From Candidatus Latescibacterota bacterium (GTDB taxonomy: Bacteria; Latescibacterota; UBA2968; UBA8231), in assembly GCA_965243025.1 (NCBI GenBank), contig CBDETY010000003.1:4960001-5024000 (forward strand): DNA of 64,000 nucleotides, given 5' to 3'. Of this stretch, positions 13,572-22,704 are shown piece by piece (position 1 is the stretch's first letter; each line of letters starts with the position of its first letter). The notes below the pieces were generated by a model, which was not told the origin of the DNA, did no database searches, and saw only the letters and a list, made by a program, of their open reading frames with translations. A program made the position numbers and the translations under genes.

Positions 13572-14348
13572 TCACACGCAGCCGGGGTATTCCCTGCCCG
13601 CAAGCAGCGGGTAGTCCGGTTTTTCCGCAGGCGCCCCCGTCCATCGCGACCGGGCGGTCATGTAGTGGGTGGCCATGCCGCGCCGGAAGTGAGGCGTCCT
13701 GTTGGGCCCGGAGCGATGCAGGATGAGGGAGTGGTGGAAGGAGCAGCCGCCCGCCCTCATGGTGATCGGCTGTTCGCCGTTCGCGGATTTCGCCTCGTCG
13801 ATGGCGCTGTCCGGGATGCGCATGTCGAGGCGGCCCCCCACCTTCCAGGGCTCGCTGTGGTCGAGAGCCCCGTTCCTCTGGCTTCCGGGCACGACCCACA
13901 TGCAGCCGTTGTCGAGGGTGACGTCGTCGAGGGCAACCCAGGCGGTGACCAGGGCCATCGGCTCGATTTTGAAGTAGGGCGAGTCCTGATGGTAGGTCTT
14001 CTCGATCCCGCCTGGCGGTTTCACGAACAGCTGATCGCCATACAGCTTGAGGTCGGGTCCCAGCAGGGAGGCGACCGCCTCCAGCAAGGCGGGCTTGCGG
14101 GCGTGGTCGAGGAAGAAACCGTCGCTGGAACTGGGGTGGTTGATCTTGCGCAGGTTGAGAATGTCGCGTCCCTGATCTTCCGACCCGGGCTCGAACTCGA
14201 TCTTCCCGGGGGGAAAGTCGACGCGACCACAGGCGATCTCCTCGGTTCTCTGCCGAAGCGCCGACACCTCTTCGCCGGATATCATGTCCTCCACAACGAG
14301 GAAACCGTCTTCCTGGAAACGGGAAACCTGATCGGATGTAAGTTTCAT
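13572..14348 (-). CDS. PhyH family Fe(II)/2OG dioxygenase
   Basis: Motifs FQEDGF, YHQDSPY, NGCMWVVPGS and LHRSGPN. Start placed at ATG 14348. Confidence 0.9.
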   Translation of the reverse strand: MKLTSDQVSRFQEDGFLVVEDMISGEEVSALRQRTEEIACGRVDFPPGKIEFEPGSEDQGRDILNLRKINHPSSSDGFFLDHARKPALLEAVASLLGPDLKLYGDQLFVKPPGGIEKTYHQDSPYFKIEPMALVTAWVALDDVTLDNGCMWVVPGSQRNGALDHSEPWKVGGRLDMRIPDSAIDEAKSANGEQPITMRAGGCSFHHSLILHRSGPNRTPHFRRGMATHYMTARSRWTGAPAEKPDYPLLAGREYPGCV

Positions 14349-14464
14349 ATGTCGTCGCTCACGGGAATTGCCGCCAATCCGGCGTGCTGCATTCGCAGCT
14401 GGTTGCCGCATTGGGAGGCCTTGTCGGGTGGCCTATATTGTCGCCCTCGGAAAGGAGGTTAGCA

Positions 14465-14917
14465 ATGTCGGATGAAGTGCGGACAGGGAGTCCGGCCCCT
14501 GAATTCGAGCTGCCCGCCAGCACCGGGGGCACCTTCAACCTCGCCCGGCATCGCGGCCGCAAGGTCGTGTTGTTCTTCTATCCGAAAGACGATACCCCCG
14601 GGTGAACCCGGGAAGCGATCGGTTTCCGTGATGCGAAACCGCGATTCGACGCCCTCGACACGCTTCTGGTCGGCATCAGCCAGGACGATCTGACCAGCCA
14701 CGAATCCTTTATACAAAAGCACGACCTGAACGCGGTCCTGCTGGCGGACACGGACGGCTCCGTCTGTGCGGCGTACGGTGTCTGCACCGGCGGGAGTTTT
14801 CAGCGCTCGACCTTCGTCGTTGACGCGCGCGGCAACCTGGCGGCGGTCATGCGCGGCGTCGACCCGGTTGAGCACATTTCCGAAGTCGAGCTTTTCATCC
14901 GTGAGAACCTGCACTGA
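14465..14917 (+). CDS. bcp: Bcp/PrxQ peroxiredoxin, selenocysteine at the peroxidatic site (UGA codon 47)
   Basis: RBS AAGGAGG precedes ATG 14465. The frame reads FYPKDDTPG-TGA(14603-14605)-TREAIGFRD...VGISQD...HESF..K...LLAD.DG...YGV...RSTFVVD..G and is open to TGA 14915-14917 (150 aa). The UGA occupies the Cys of the TPGCT motif. Confidence 0.88.
14612..14647 (+). promoter_or_regulatory. Putative bacterial SECIS hairpin
   Basis: CGGTTTC (14620-14626) pairs with GAAACCG (14635-14641) around CGTGATGC. The stem extends imperfectly over 14612-14647 and starts 6 nt after the UGA. Confidence 0.65.
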
Positions 14918-14958
14918 CCGCAGTCCCTGAGGACTTTCCCCCAAAGGGAGGAAACGGA

Positions 14959-16320
14959 ATGAATCTTAGTGACGATGCCGGCGGCGATGGCGGCGCCCGC
15001 GCCGGCCGGGCGCCGGTGCTGACTCGAAGGTCGCTGCTCCGCGGCGGGCTTGCCGGCCTGCTTGCGGCGCCCTGGGCGAACTTGCTGAGCGCCGCACCCG
15101 GACCGGCCGAGGCGGAGGACTATTCAGAAGGGGACCGGGCGCATACGGCCGGACTTCGGGAGGACGAGATCGTCCTCGGCATGTCCGCGGCGTTTTCCGG
15201 TCCATCCCGGGGGTTGGGCAGCGAGCTCTACCGGGGAGCGAGGGCCTACTTCAACCACGCCAACGCCAACGGCGGCGTCGGCGGCCGCAAGGTCGCACTC
15301 AAGCTTTACGACGACGGCTACCAACCCGACCCCTGCGTCCGCAACACCATGAAACTCATGCTCGAGGATCGCGTTTTCCTCCTGTTCGGTTACGTGGGCA
15401 CACCGACGGTGACCCGGGTGCTGCCCCTTTTGAAGAAGTTTCAGGACGAGCTGGTCTACCTGTTCTTTCCCTTCACCGGGGCCCAACCCCAGCGGGAGCC
15501 CCCATACGGCGACTTCGCCTTCAATCTGCGGGCGTCCTACCGCCAGGAGACGGCCGGGCTCGTCGACAACTTCGTGCGGGTCGGCAGGAAACGGATCGCC
15601 GTGTTCTATCAGGCCGACGCCTACGGGCGCAGCGGCTGGGCCGGAGTCCGGGGGGCCCTGGAGGCCCACGGCGAGCGGCTTGTCGGCGAGGCGACCTACC
15701 GCCGCGGACAGAGGTTCACCGGCAGCATGAGACGGCAGGTGGAGATACTGCAGGCAGCTTCACCGGAAGCGGTGATCTGCATCGGTTCGTACGCCGCGTG
15801 CGCCGCCTTCGCTCGCGACGCCGTCGACCTCGGCCTCCGGGTTCCGATAGCCAACCTCTCCTTCGTCGGGAGCGAGAACCTCCTTCAGCTGCTCAGCGAG
15901 GGCCGTGAGGATGCCGGGGAATACACCCGCTTCCTGGTCAATTCCCAGGTGGTTCCCAGCTACGAGGATACTTCCATTCCGGCGGTACGCGAGTACCGCG
16001 AGCTGATGGCCCGCCACGATCCCGAAGTCCCCGGGGAGCTTGTACGGGAACCCTACAGCCCCTTTCCGCAGAGCTTCGTCAGTCTGGAGGGGTTCCTCGA
16101 CGCCAAGCTGATGACGGAGATTCTGCGGCGCCTGGGGGAAAACCCCGACAGGGCCGGGCTGGAAGAAGCGGTTTTCTCGGTGCGGGACTTCGATCTCGGG
16201 ATCGGCGAGAAGGTCTCTTTCGGGCCCGCCCGGCGGCAGGGACTCCAGACCGTCTACTACACCGTCGTCCAGGACGGCCGTTTCGTGACCCTGGACGACT
16301 GGCAGACCTGGCTGGGTTGA
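14959..16320 (+). CDS. Periplasmic ligand-binding protein (LivJ/PBP1 type), Tat-exported
   Basis: TRRSLL twin-arginine signal, plus GMSAAFSGP, NANGGVGGRK, YDDGY.P, GYVGTPT and FNLRASY. Confidence 0.88.
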   Translation: MNLSDDAGGDGGARAGRAPVLTRRSLLRGGLAGLLAAPWANLLSAAPGPAEAEDYSEGDRAHTAGLREDEIVLGMSAAFSGPSRGLGSELYRGARAYFNHANANGGVGGRKVALKLYDDGYQPDPCVRNTMKLMLEDRVFLLFGYVGTPTVTRVLPLLKKFQDELVYLFFPFTGAQPQREPPYGDFAFNLRASYRQETAGLVDNFVRVGRKRIAVFYQADAYGRSGWAGVRGALEAHGERLVGEATYRRGQRFTGSMRRQVEILQAASPEAVICIGSYAACAAFARDAVDLGLRVPIANLSFVGSENLLQLLSEGREDAGEYTRFLVNSQVVPSYEDTSIPAVREYRELMARHDPEVPGELVREPYSPFPQSFVSLEGFLDAKLMTEILRRLGENPDRAGLEEAVFSVRDFDLGIGEKVSFGPARRQGLQTVYYTVVQDGRFVTLDDWQTWLG

Positions 16321-17066
16321 CGATGAAAATTCAGAAACTCTTCCAGAAAACGCGCTTCGGGATCTTCGCGCTATTCGGGCTGATCGTCCTGTCGACCTCC
16401 AGCCTTTGCATCTACACCGTCGACACCCAGCTGTCCGCGGAGTACGAGGCCAACTGCAGGAACATCGCCAAGAGCATCGCCGACTCGAGCGTGGACATAC
16501 TCCTGAACCGCAACCTGGCGACCCTGCAGTCGCTGATCGACCAGTTCGTCGAGATCCAGGGAATCCGCTACATATACATCACCAGCGAATCGGGCGAGTA
16601 CCTGGCGCATACCTTCGTGCCCGGCATCCCCGAGGAAATCCTCGCGAGCGATCCGTCCAGCACCGAGCCGGTCGAACGGAACATTCCGGGAATGGGTGAT
16701 TTCATGGAAGTCGGCAGCCCGATCCTGGCCGGGGTCGCCGGCACGGTGCACGTGGGCATGGATCTCGACATCGTCGCCCTCAAGATTCAGCGGGCAATCG
16801 GCCAGCAGGTAATCCTCATCTGCATCTTCCTCGTCGTCGGAGTCCTCGCTTCGATCTGGTTCGTCAACCTGGCCGCCAAGCCCCTGGGTGGATTGCTCGC
16901 TTACGCCGTCGAGCTTTCCGGAGGCAGTGCGGAGGAAAAGGCGCCGGAGGGAGAGCTGCTCGCCCGCGAGGACGAGGTCGGGGATCTGGCCCGGCTCTTC
17001 CGCCACGTTTCCGGACGATCCCCCGGCCCGGAAGAGCCGGACGAGCTTTCGGAAAGGGCCGGTTAG
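16317..17066 (+). CDS. Membrane sensor-like protein (TM, periplasmic domain, TM, HAMP) with no output domain
   Basis: Two TM helices flank a ~130-aa extracytoplasmic domain. KPL...REDEVGDLARLF is HAMP-like, and the ORF ends ~20 aa later. Overlaps the upstream stop (TTGA). Confidence 0.75.
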   Translation: MTMKIQKLFQKTRFGIFALFGLIVLSTSSLCIYTVDTQLSAEYEANCRNIAKSIADSSVDILLNRNLATLQSLIDQFVEIQGIRYIYITSESGEYLAHTFVPGIPEEILASDPSSTEPVERNIPGMGDFMEVGSPILAGVAGTVHVGMDLDIVALKIQRAIGQQVILICIFLVVGVLASIWFVNLAAKPLGGLLAYAVELSGGSAEEKAPEGELLAREDEVGDLARLFRHVSGRSPGPEEPDELSERAG

Positions 17067-17082
17067 TCAAGGAGGCGGGCGG

Positions 17083-18387
17083 GTGCGAATTCCGCGAAGC
17101 GCCATCGCGCTCTTCTGCACGGTTCTGCAGGTCTGCTTCGGAACGGTGTACGCGTGGAGTTTTTTCCAGACGATACTGGTACGTCAGGTCGGCTGGACCC
17201 ACACCGAGACAGCCTGGGCTTTCAGTATCGCCATCTTCTCCCTTGGAGTATCAGCGGCCTGGGCGGGAAACATGCTTCCCCGGTTGGGGCCGAAGTGGCT
17301 CGCCCTGGCCGGCAGCATACTGTTCTCGGGCGGGTACCTGATTGCCGCCGGGGCCCTTCACCTGGGGTCCGTACCGTTCTTCTACCTGGGTTACGGGGTG
17401 ATCGGCGGAGCGGGAATCGGCCTGGGATACGTGACGCCGGTCGCCACCGTGGCGAAGTGGTTCCCCGACCGCAAGGGACTGGCCACCGGCATCGTGGTGA
17501 TGGGCTTCGGGGTGGGAGCCTTCCTTCTCAGCAAGGGGTTGGCCCCGTTTCTGATCCTGCGCACAGCAGGAGACCTTCCGCTCGTGTTCATGTGGCTCGG
17601 GATCGTGTTCGCCTGCATCCTGATTCCCAGCAGCCTCGCCCTGAGCGACCCCCCTGCAGGTTCCGTTCCCCAGGCCGGCGGCACGGACGAGCCCCCCGGG
17701 TTCGCGGAGCCGGAGTCCTCCAGTCCCTACCTGCGCACAACGCAGTTCGCCATCATGTGGATCGTCTTCTTCTTCAACATCGCCGCGGGGATCTCGGTGA
17801 TCAGCTTCCAGTCCGAGCTGCTTCAGGAAATCTGGGGACTGGCGGATACCTCGATCGAGCCCACCACTCTTGCCGAGTACGGCGCGACGCTCATCGCGGT
17901 CAGCTCGATCTGCAACGGCCTGGGGCGTCTCTTCTGGGGGTTGCTTTCCGACCGCTTCGGCAGGGCAATGGTTTTCCGGGTACTGCTGGCCAGCCAGATG
18001 CTCGTCTTCGGGATTCTCATGACGGAAACCAACCCCTGGGTTTTTTCCGTGCTGGTCTGCTACGTGCTGCTATGTTTCGGGGGCGGCTTCGCCACCATGC
18101 CACCTTTCGTTCTCGACGTGTTCGGAACGAAAAAGATGTCGACGATCTACGGCGCGGTTCTGACGGCGTGGGCTGCCGCCGGGATCTTCGGGCCGTTGTA
18201 CGTAGGGTATTTGAAGGACGTGTATCCCGACAGAGCCGTCATGTACTGCTTCCTCATCGGAATCCTCATGCTCGGCGCCGGGTACCTGTTCTCCTACCTG
18301 CTGAACGATCAACGGATTCGCCTGGGCAAACCGACCCTGGAAAGCACCCTTCACCGCTACGGTATTCCGGCCGCGGCGAGGGGCTGA
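17083..18387 (+). CDS. OFA (oxalate/formate antiporter) family MFS transporter
   Basis: Motifs GTVYAWSFF, GYVTPVATVAKWFPDRKGLATG, NGLGRLFWG..SD and FGGGFA. GGAGG RBS precedes GTG 17083. Confidence 0.9.
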   Translation: MRIPRSAIALFCTVLQVCFGTVYAWSFFQTILVRQVGWTHTETAWAFSIAIFSLGVSAAWAGNMLPRLGPKWLALAGSILFSGGYLIAAGALHLGSVPFFYLGYGVIGGAGIGLGYVTPVATVAKWFPDRKGLATGIVVMGFGVGAFLLSKGLAPFLILRTAGDLPLVFMWLGIVFACILIPSSLALSDPPAGSVPQAGGTDEPPGFAEPESSSPYLRTTQFAIMWIVFFFNIAAGISVISFQSELLQEIWGLADTSIEPTTLAEYGATLIAVSSICNGLGRLFWGLLSDRFGRAMVFRVLLASQMLVFGILMTETNPWVFSVLVCYVLLCFGGGFATMPPFVLDVFGTKKMSTIYGAVLTAWAAAGIFGPLYVGYLKDVYPDRAVMYCFLIGILMLGAGYLFSYLLNDQRIRLGKPTLESTLHRYGIPAAARG

Positions 18388-18441
18388 CACGAGGGCGAGG
18401 GGTCGGGGACGGCAGGCAGGAAGCCATTGGCCCTGACCAAG

Positions 18442-18470
18442 TTGACAGACTCAGGGCAAGCCTGTATAAA
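18442..18470 (+). promoter_or_regulatory. Sigma-70 promoter of the squalene synthase-ispH operon
   Basis: TTGACA (18442-18447), 17-nt spacer, TATAAA (18465-18470). Confidence 0.75.
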
Positions 18471-18517
18471 TTCCCACAGAACGCGAACTGAATCCGAAAA
18501 GCAGAAACAGGGTCGAG

Positions 18518-19642
18518 ATGACGGGGTCCTGCTCGACAACGGCGATGAACGGCGATTTCGTCTACCAGACGGACATCCTGCAAGGAGTGTCCCGAACCTT
18601 TGCCCTGACGATTCCGCAGCTTCCCGGCCCGCTGCGCGACGTGGTCGGCAACGCCTATCTCCTGTGCCGGATCACCGACACCATCGAAGACGAGCCGTCG
18701 CTGTCCCCGGTTCAGAAGCAGGCCTTCTCCGGACGCTTTGTCGAGGTCGTTGCCGGCAGGGAGGATCCCGGGCCTTTCGCCAGCGAGCTCGGCGCCTTGC
18801 TGTCCTCTTCGACCACCGAAAACGAACGTGACCTGATCGCCAACACCGCCCGGGTGATCCGCATCACCCACGGGTTTCGCCCGGCCCAGAGAAGCGCCCT
18901 GGAACGCTGCGTAAGGATCATGTCCCGGGGGATGGCGGAGTTTCAGCTGAACGCAACCCCGGACGGCCTGCAGGACCTTCCGCATCTCGACCGTTACTGC
19001 TATCACGTCGCCGGGGTGGTCGGCGAGATGCTCACCGAACTGTTCTGCGAATACTCCGAGGAGGTCGCCGAACGCCGCGAAGAGCTGCTGTCCCTCGCGG
19101 TTTCCTTCGGACAGGGGCTGCAGATGACCAACATCCTCAAGGATGTATGGGACGACCGGCGCCGGGGAGCCTGCTGGCTGCCCCGCGACATCTTCCTCGA
19201 GGCCGGTTTCGACCTGAGTACCCTGCCGGGGGGGCAGGGAAATCCCGGTTTCGCCGCAGGGCTGCTGGAACTGGTGGGGATCGCCCGGCAGCACCTGGCG
19301 AACGCCTTGCGGTTCACGCTGCTGATCCCGAACCGCGAAACCGGCATCCGCCGTCACTGCCTCTGGGCGTTGGGGATGGCAGTGCTTACCCTGCGCCGGA
19401 TTCACTCGAACCCGTCGTTCAGGGACGGACAGGAAGTCAAGATTTCACGAAAGAGCGTGTGGGCGGTCGCTGTCGTCACCAGCGCAGTCGTGCGTTGGAA
19501 CACCGTTCTCGAGTTTCTCTTCAAGGTGTTGACTCGAGGCCTGCCCGGCGCCGGTGAAAAAAGGCGGATCGGGGGAAAGCACGTACCTTATTCCGACAGC
19601 CGCGAAGGCAGTAGTCTGAAGAGCGTACCGGGTCAGCCATGA
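18518..19642 (+). CDS. Squalene/phytoene synthase family protein (FDFT1-like type)
   Basis: Motifs [29 protein letters not shown] and [20 protein letters not shown]. The start may be ATG 18545. Confidence 0.88.
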   Translation: MTGSCSTTAMNGDFVYQTDILQGVSRTFALTIPQLPGPLRDVVGNAYLLCRITDTIEDEPSLSPVQKQAFSGRFVEVVAGREDPGPFASELGALLSSSTTENERDLIANTARVIRITHGFRPAQRSALERCVRIMSRGMAEFQLNATPDGLQDLPHLDRYCYHVAGVVGEMLTELFCEYSEEVAERREELLSLAVSFGQGLQMTNILKDVWDDRRRGACWLPRDIFLEAGFDLSTLPGGQGNPGFAAGLLELVGIARQHLANALRFTLLIPNRETGIRRHCLWALGMAVLTLRRIHSNPSFRDGQEVKISRKSVWAVAVVTSAVVRWNTVLEFLFKVLTRGLPGAGEKRRIGGKHVPYSDSREGSSLKSVPGQP

Positions 19643-20598
19643 AAGAGGGAAAGATGCGAGTCATACTAGCTCAACCGCGCGGGTTTTGCGCCGGCGTTGA
19701 ACGCGCGATCGAGATCGTCGAAGCGGCGCTGAAACAGTACGGCCCCCCGATTTACGTGCGCCATGAAATCGTCCACAATCCGCGAGTCGTGGAGAACCTC
19801 AAAGCGAAGGGCGTGCGGTTCGTCGAACAGATTGACCAGATCCCCAACGGGGCAATCACCGTGTTCAGCGCCCACGGGGTATCGGAGAAGGTCGAGCAGG
19901 ACGCATCGGTGCGGGGCCTGCGGCCGCTCGATGCCACCTGCCCCCTGGTCTCCAAGGTGCACAAAGAGGGCCAGCGCTACTCTGCCAAAGGGTACGACAT
20001 CATTCTCATCGGTCACGAGGACCACCCCGAGGTCGAAGGCACCATGGGCCAGATACCGGGGCCGGTGCTGTTGGTCAGTGACGTGGAGGGAGTGGAAGCA
20101 CTCGAGGTCCGCGATCCGGAGAAGGTCGCCTACATCACCCAGACCACCCTTTCCGTCGACGATACCCGGGAAGTCATCTCGGCCCTGAGGCGGCGGTTCC
20201 CCGACATCGTCGGACCGGACGTCAAGGATATCTGCTACGCGACCCAGAACCGGCAGGCGGCGGTGCGCGCCCTCGCCGAAGAGGTGGACCTGGTGCTGGT
20301 GGTGGGTGCGCAGAACAGCTCCAACTCGAACCGCTTGTGCGAAGTCAGCAACGACAGCGGTGTTCCGAGCTACCTGATCGAGGATCCGTCGAAAATCGAT
20401 CCCCAATGGCTGCAGGGGAAGGAATGTATCGGCATTACCGCCGGAGCCTCGACCCCCGAGGAACTGGTGCACGAGCTGATCGAGCAGCTGCGGGAGTACG
20501 CCGACCTCGAAATCTCGACGATGGAAGGAATTGTCGAGAACGTTCGCTTCAGCCTGCCGGCCGGCCTGGAAGAGGCTGCCGTGCCCGAACAGGCGTGA
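19639..20598 (+). CDS. ispH: 4-hydroxy-3-methylbut-2-enyl diphosphate reductase
   Basis: Motifs [47 protein letters not shown] and TAGAST. Confidence 0.97.
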   Translation: MKEGKMRVILAQPRGFCAGVERAIEIVEAALKQYGPPIYVRHEIVHNPRVVENLKAKGVRFVEQIDQIPNGAITVFSAHGVSEKVEQDASVRGLRPLDATCPLVSKVHKEGQRYSAKGYDIILIGHEDHPEVEGTMGQIPGPVLLVSDVEGVEALEVRDPEKVAYITQTTLSVDDTREVISALRRRFPDIVGPDVKDICYATQNRQAAVRALAEEVDLVLVVGAQNSSNSNRLCEVSNDSGVPSYLIEDPSKIDPQWLQGKECIGITAGASTPEELVHELIEQLREYADLEISTMEGIVENVRFSLPAGLEEAAVPEQA

Positions 20599-20611
20599 CG
20601 GAGCGCGGCCG

Positions 20612-21880
20612 CTAGAAGTTGTAAGTCAGCCCGAGGTCAGCGAAGCTGTCCCGTCTTGTCCAGTAGTTGAAGAGGTCTTCCTCGTCGGTGCTGAGGAGCC
20701 AGATGGTCTCCAGCTGCAGGGACCACCTGTCGGACAGCCGCCTGGCAAACTCAACAGCCATTGCGCGGGTAGCGCGTTCCACGTCCCCCAGAATACTGGC
20801 TACGATCTCCGTACCCTGAACATCGTTGAGCGCAAGACGAGAGGCGAAGAAGAGGTCGTTCTCGAGCGTATTGGGTGAGCGGCCCGGGGTCGCGTCGGGG
20901 CCGCGTCCATCGTAACTCCATTCCCCCAGCAGGCTGAGATCGGCAGCGGAGCCCAGCGCGGAATAGAAGGTGTATTCCCCGCCGAGAACGGAGCCGACGT
21001 AACCCTCTTCCCTGCCGGACAGGTTCCGGGCGCCGGCGCGGTGAATACCCTCCAGCTTTAACAACCAGGAGCCTGCGGTCAGCTGGGCGTCTATTCCCAC
21101 CTGGCGGATCTGCGCGTAGGACTGAACCAGGGCCTCGCGGCCCAGGTCTATTTCCAGAGAAGGCTCCCGGCTGGTGCCCTGGAAATAGCTCAATCCGAAG
21201 TCGATGGACCGGAAACTGTGGCTGTAGCGGGCGGCGAGATCGAGGTGTCGCTCGCCGGCGCCGCTTTCGTATTCGACACGCTCGTCATCGACGACGAGCG
21301 GGAGACGCAAGCGGCCGGCCCCGCCCGGAAAGGTGCGCGCGCGGTGCCAGGGCAGTCCGAACAGTTCCAGCGCCCCCCAGTTTGCGGACCAGGTGAAATG
21401 GACCATGGGTTGCCCGAGCCTGGCCTCCCCGGCCGGGTGTTCGACCAAATCGACCTGGTTGACGATATCGACCAGGTGCTGCGATTCGGCGACTCCCCAG
21501 AATACCCGGGCGACGCCGGCGCGCAGCTCCCATTCCCCCTCCCCGATTTCTCCGAACAGCAGCAGGTAGGCTTCGCGCAGATCCGCACGGGTGCGGCGTG
21601 GGTCGGTGTTGTCGTAGCGCAGGAACGGGGCCAGAGTCAGGCTTCGTCCCCCCGAGTCCTCGAGGTAAAGCCTGGGGGAGGCGGCAAACCCGCTCGCATG
21701 CCCGCCCTGGCCTTCATGAAGGGCAGTTTCGGGGAACCACCGGGTTTCGATGCTCGAGCGTCCGGAAATCCGGTGATGATCCACACCGATGCCGGCATTC
21801 GCAACGGCGGCGAGGAGCGGTGTCAGAACCCAGGCCGCCCCGGCAGGGATGCGCCACAGACCGGCGCGGAGCAGCATCAA
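20612..21880 (-). CDS. Outer-membrane beta-barrel protein partnered with the MMPL/LolA-like system
   Basis: Signal peptide, DLREAY, VFWGVAES..LVDIVNQ and a C-terminal beta-signal LTYNF. Overlaps the upstream gene. Confidence 0.75.
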   Translation of the reverse strand: MMLLRAGLWRIPAGAAWVLTPLLAAVANAGIGVDHHRISGRSSIETRWFPETALHEGQGGHASGFAASPRLYLEDSGGRSLTLAPFLRYDNTDPRRTRADLREAYLLLFGEIGEGEWELRAGVARVFWGVAESQHLVDIVNQVDLVEHPAGEARLGQPMVHFTWSANWGALELFGLPWHRARTFPGGAGRLRLPLVVDDERVEYESGAGERHLDLAARYSHSFRSIDFGLSYFQGTSREPSLEIDLGREALVQSYAQIRQVGIDAQLTAGSWLLKLEGIHRAGARNLSGREEGYVGSVLGGEYTFYSALGSAADLSLLGEWSYDGRGPDATPGRSPNTLENDLFFASRLALNDVQGTEIVASILGDVERATRAMAVEFARRLSDRWSLQLETIWLLSTDEEDLFNYWTRRDSFADLGLTYNF

Positions 21881-22704
21881 CGGGCCCGTCTGAGCCCGGT
21901 CCGGGAGAAGTCGCGGTCGTCGAGGTCGGTCCGGAACTGGAAGTCCGTCCAGCTGAGAACGGTGCTTTTCCCGGTCAAATGGTTTTCCATTTTCATCTCG
22001 CCGGCGCGCCAGTAGCGGTCCAGGTACTGCCCGTAGTTCCCCAGGGTGAGCGTCTTGAGGTGGGCGTCCTTGCGGTCGTAGTACTCCACCTTCCAGACGC
22101 GAAGCTCATCCCTGTCGCGCCATACCACCTGGCGCTTGTAGCCCGATTTCCTGTCGCCGGGATAGCGCTCGGAGACCGTGCAGGTCAACTCCCCGCAGGC
22201 CTCTTCGCGCAGGTACCGGTAAGTGAACTTCTCGACCTCCTGGGCGGTCATGTCTTCATAGGCGAACTCACTGCCCATGAAGGAACCGGACCGGTTCGAA
22301 GAGCTGATGCGCTTTACCCGGTTCAGCGCGGGAAGGTACAGCCATTGATCGTCGGCGCCTTCCCTTTTGGCGTGTACCAGCAAGGCGGTCCCCTGGATGT
22401 CGCGAGGCTCGTCGAACACGAACAGGCTCTTGTCGCCGTCTCCCGGTACTTCGAGAACCTTGACCCGGAGCTGACGCCGGCTCTCCTGCCCGTGCTTGTT
22501 GCGCAGGACCATGGTCTGGCGGGCGGTGAAGTTGCCGAAACCTTCTTCCCGGGCACGGGAATCGCGGGCGATCTGCAGCCCGGCCGCTTCGGCGGTGGGA
22601 TTTTGGGAATGAACGGGTACCGATAAACCAAGGCTGCCCGGAACGGCCAGGCAGAACGCCAGGAAACGGGCCGCTGGCAGCAGGGGGAAATCAGAGAGAT
22701 TCAT
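21877..22704 (-). CDS. Outer-membrane lipoprotein-sorting (LolA-like) periplasmic protein
   Basis: Motifs F..P.DI.GTALL, DDQWLYLPAL.RVKRI, SGSFMGSEFAYED and KVEYYD. Start placed at ATG 22704. Confidence 0.88.
   Translation of the reverse strand: MNLSDFPLLPAARFLAFCLAVPGSLGLSVPVHSQNPTAEAAGLQIARDSRAREEGFGNFTARQTMVLRNKHGQESRRQLRVKVLEVPGDGDKSLFVFDEPRDIQGTALLVHAKREGADDQWLYLPALNRVKRISSSNRSGSFMGSEFAYEDMTAQEVEKFTYRYLREEACGELTCTVSERYPGDRKSGYKRQVVWRDRDELRVWKVEYYDRKDAHLKTLTLGNYGQYLDRYWRAGEMKMENHLTGKSTVLSWTDFQFRTDLDDRDFSRTGLRRAR

Noticed and set aside
14459-14944. 161-aa minus-strand ORF
   Set aside because: Antisense shadow of the selenoprotein Bcp, which has the RBS and family motifs.
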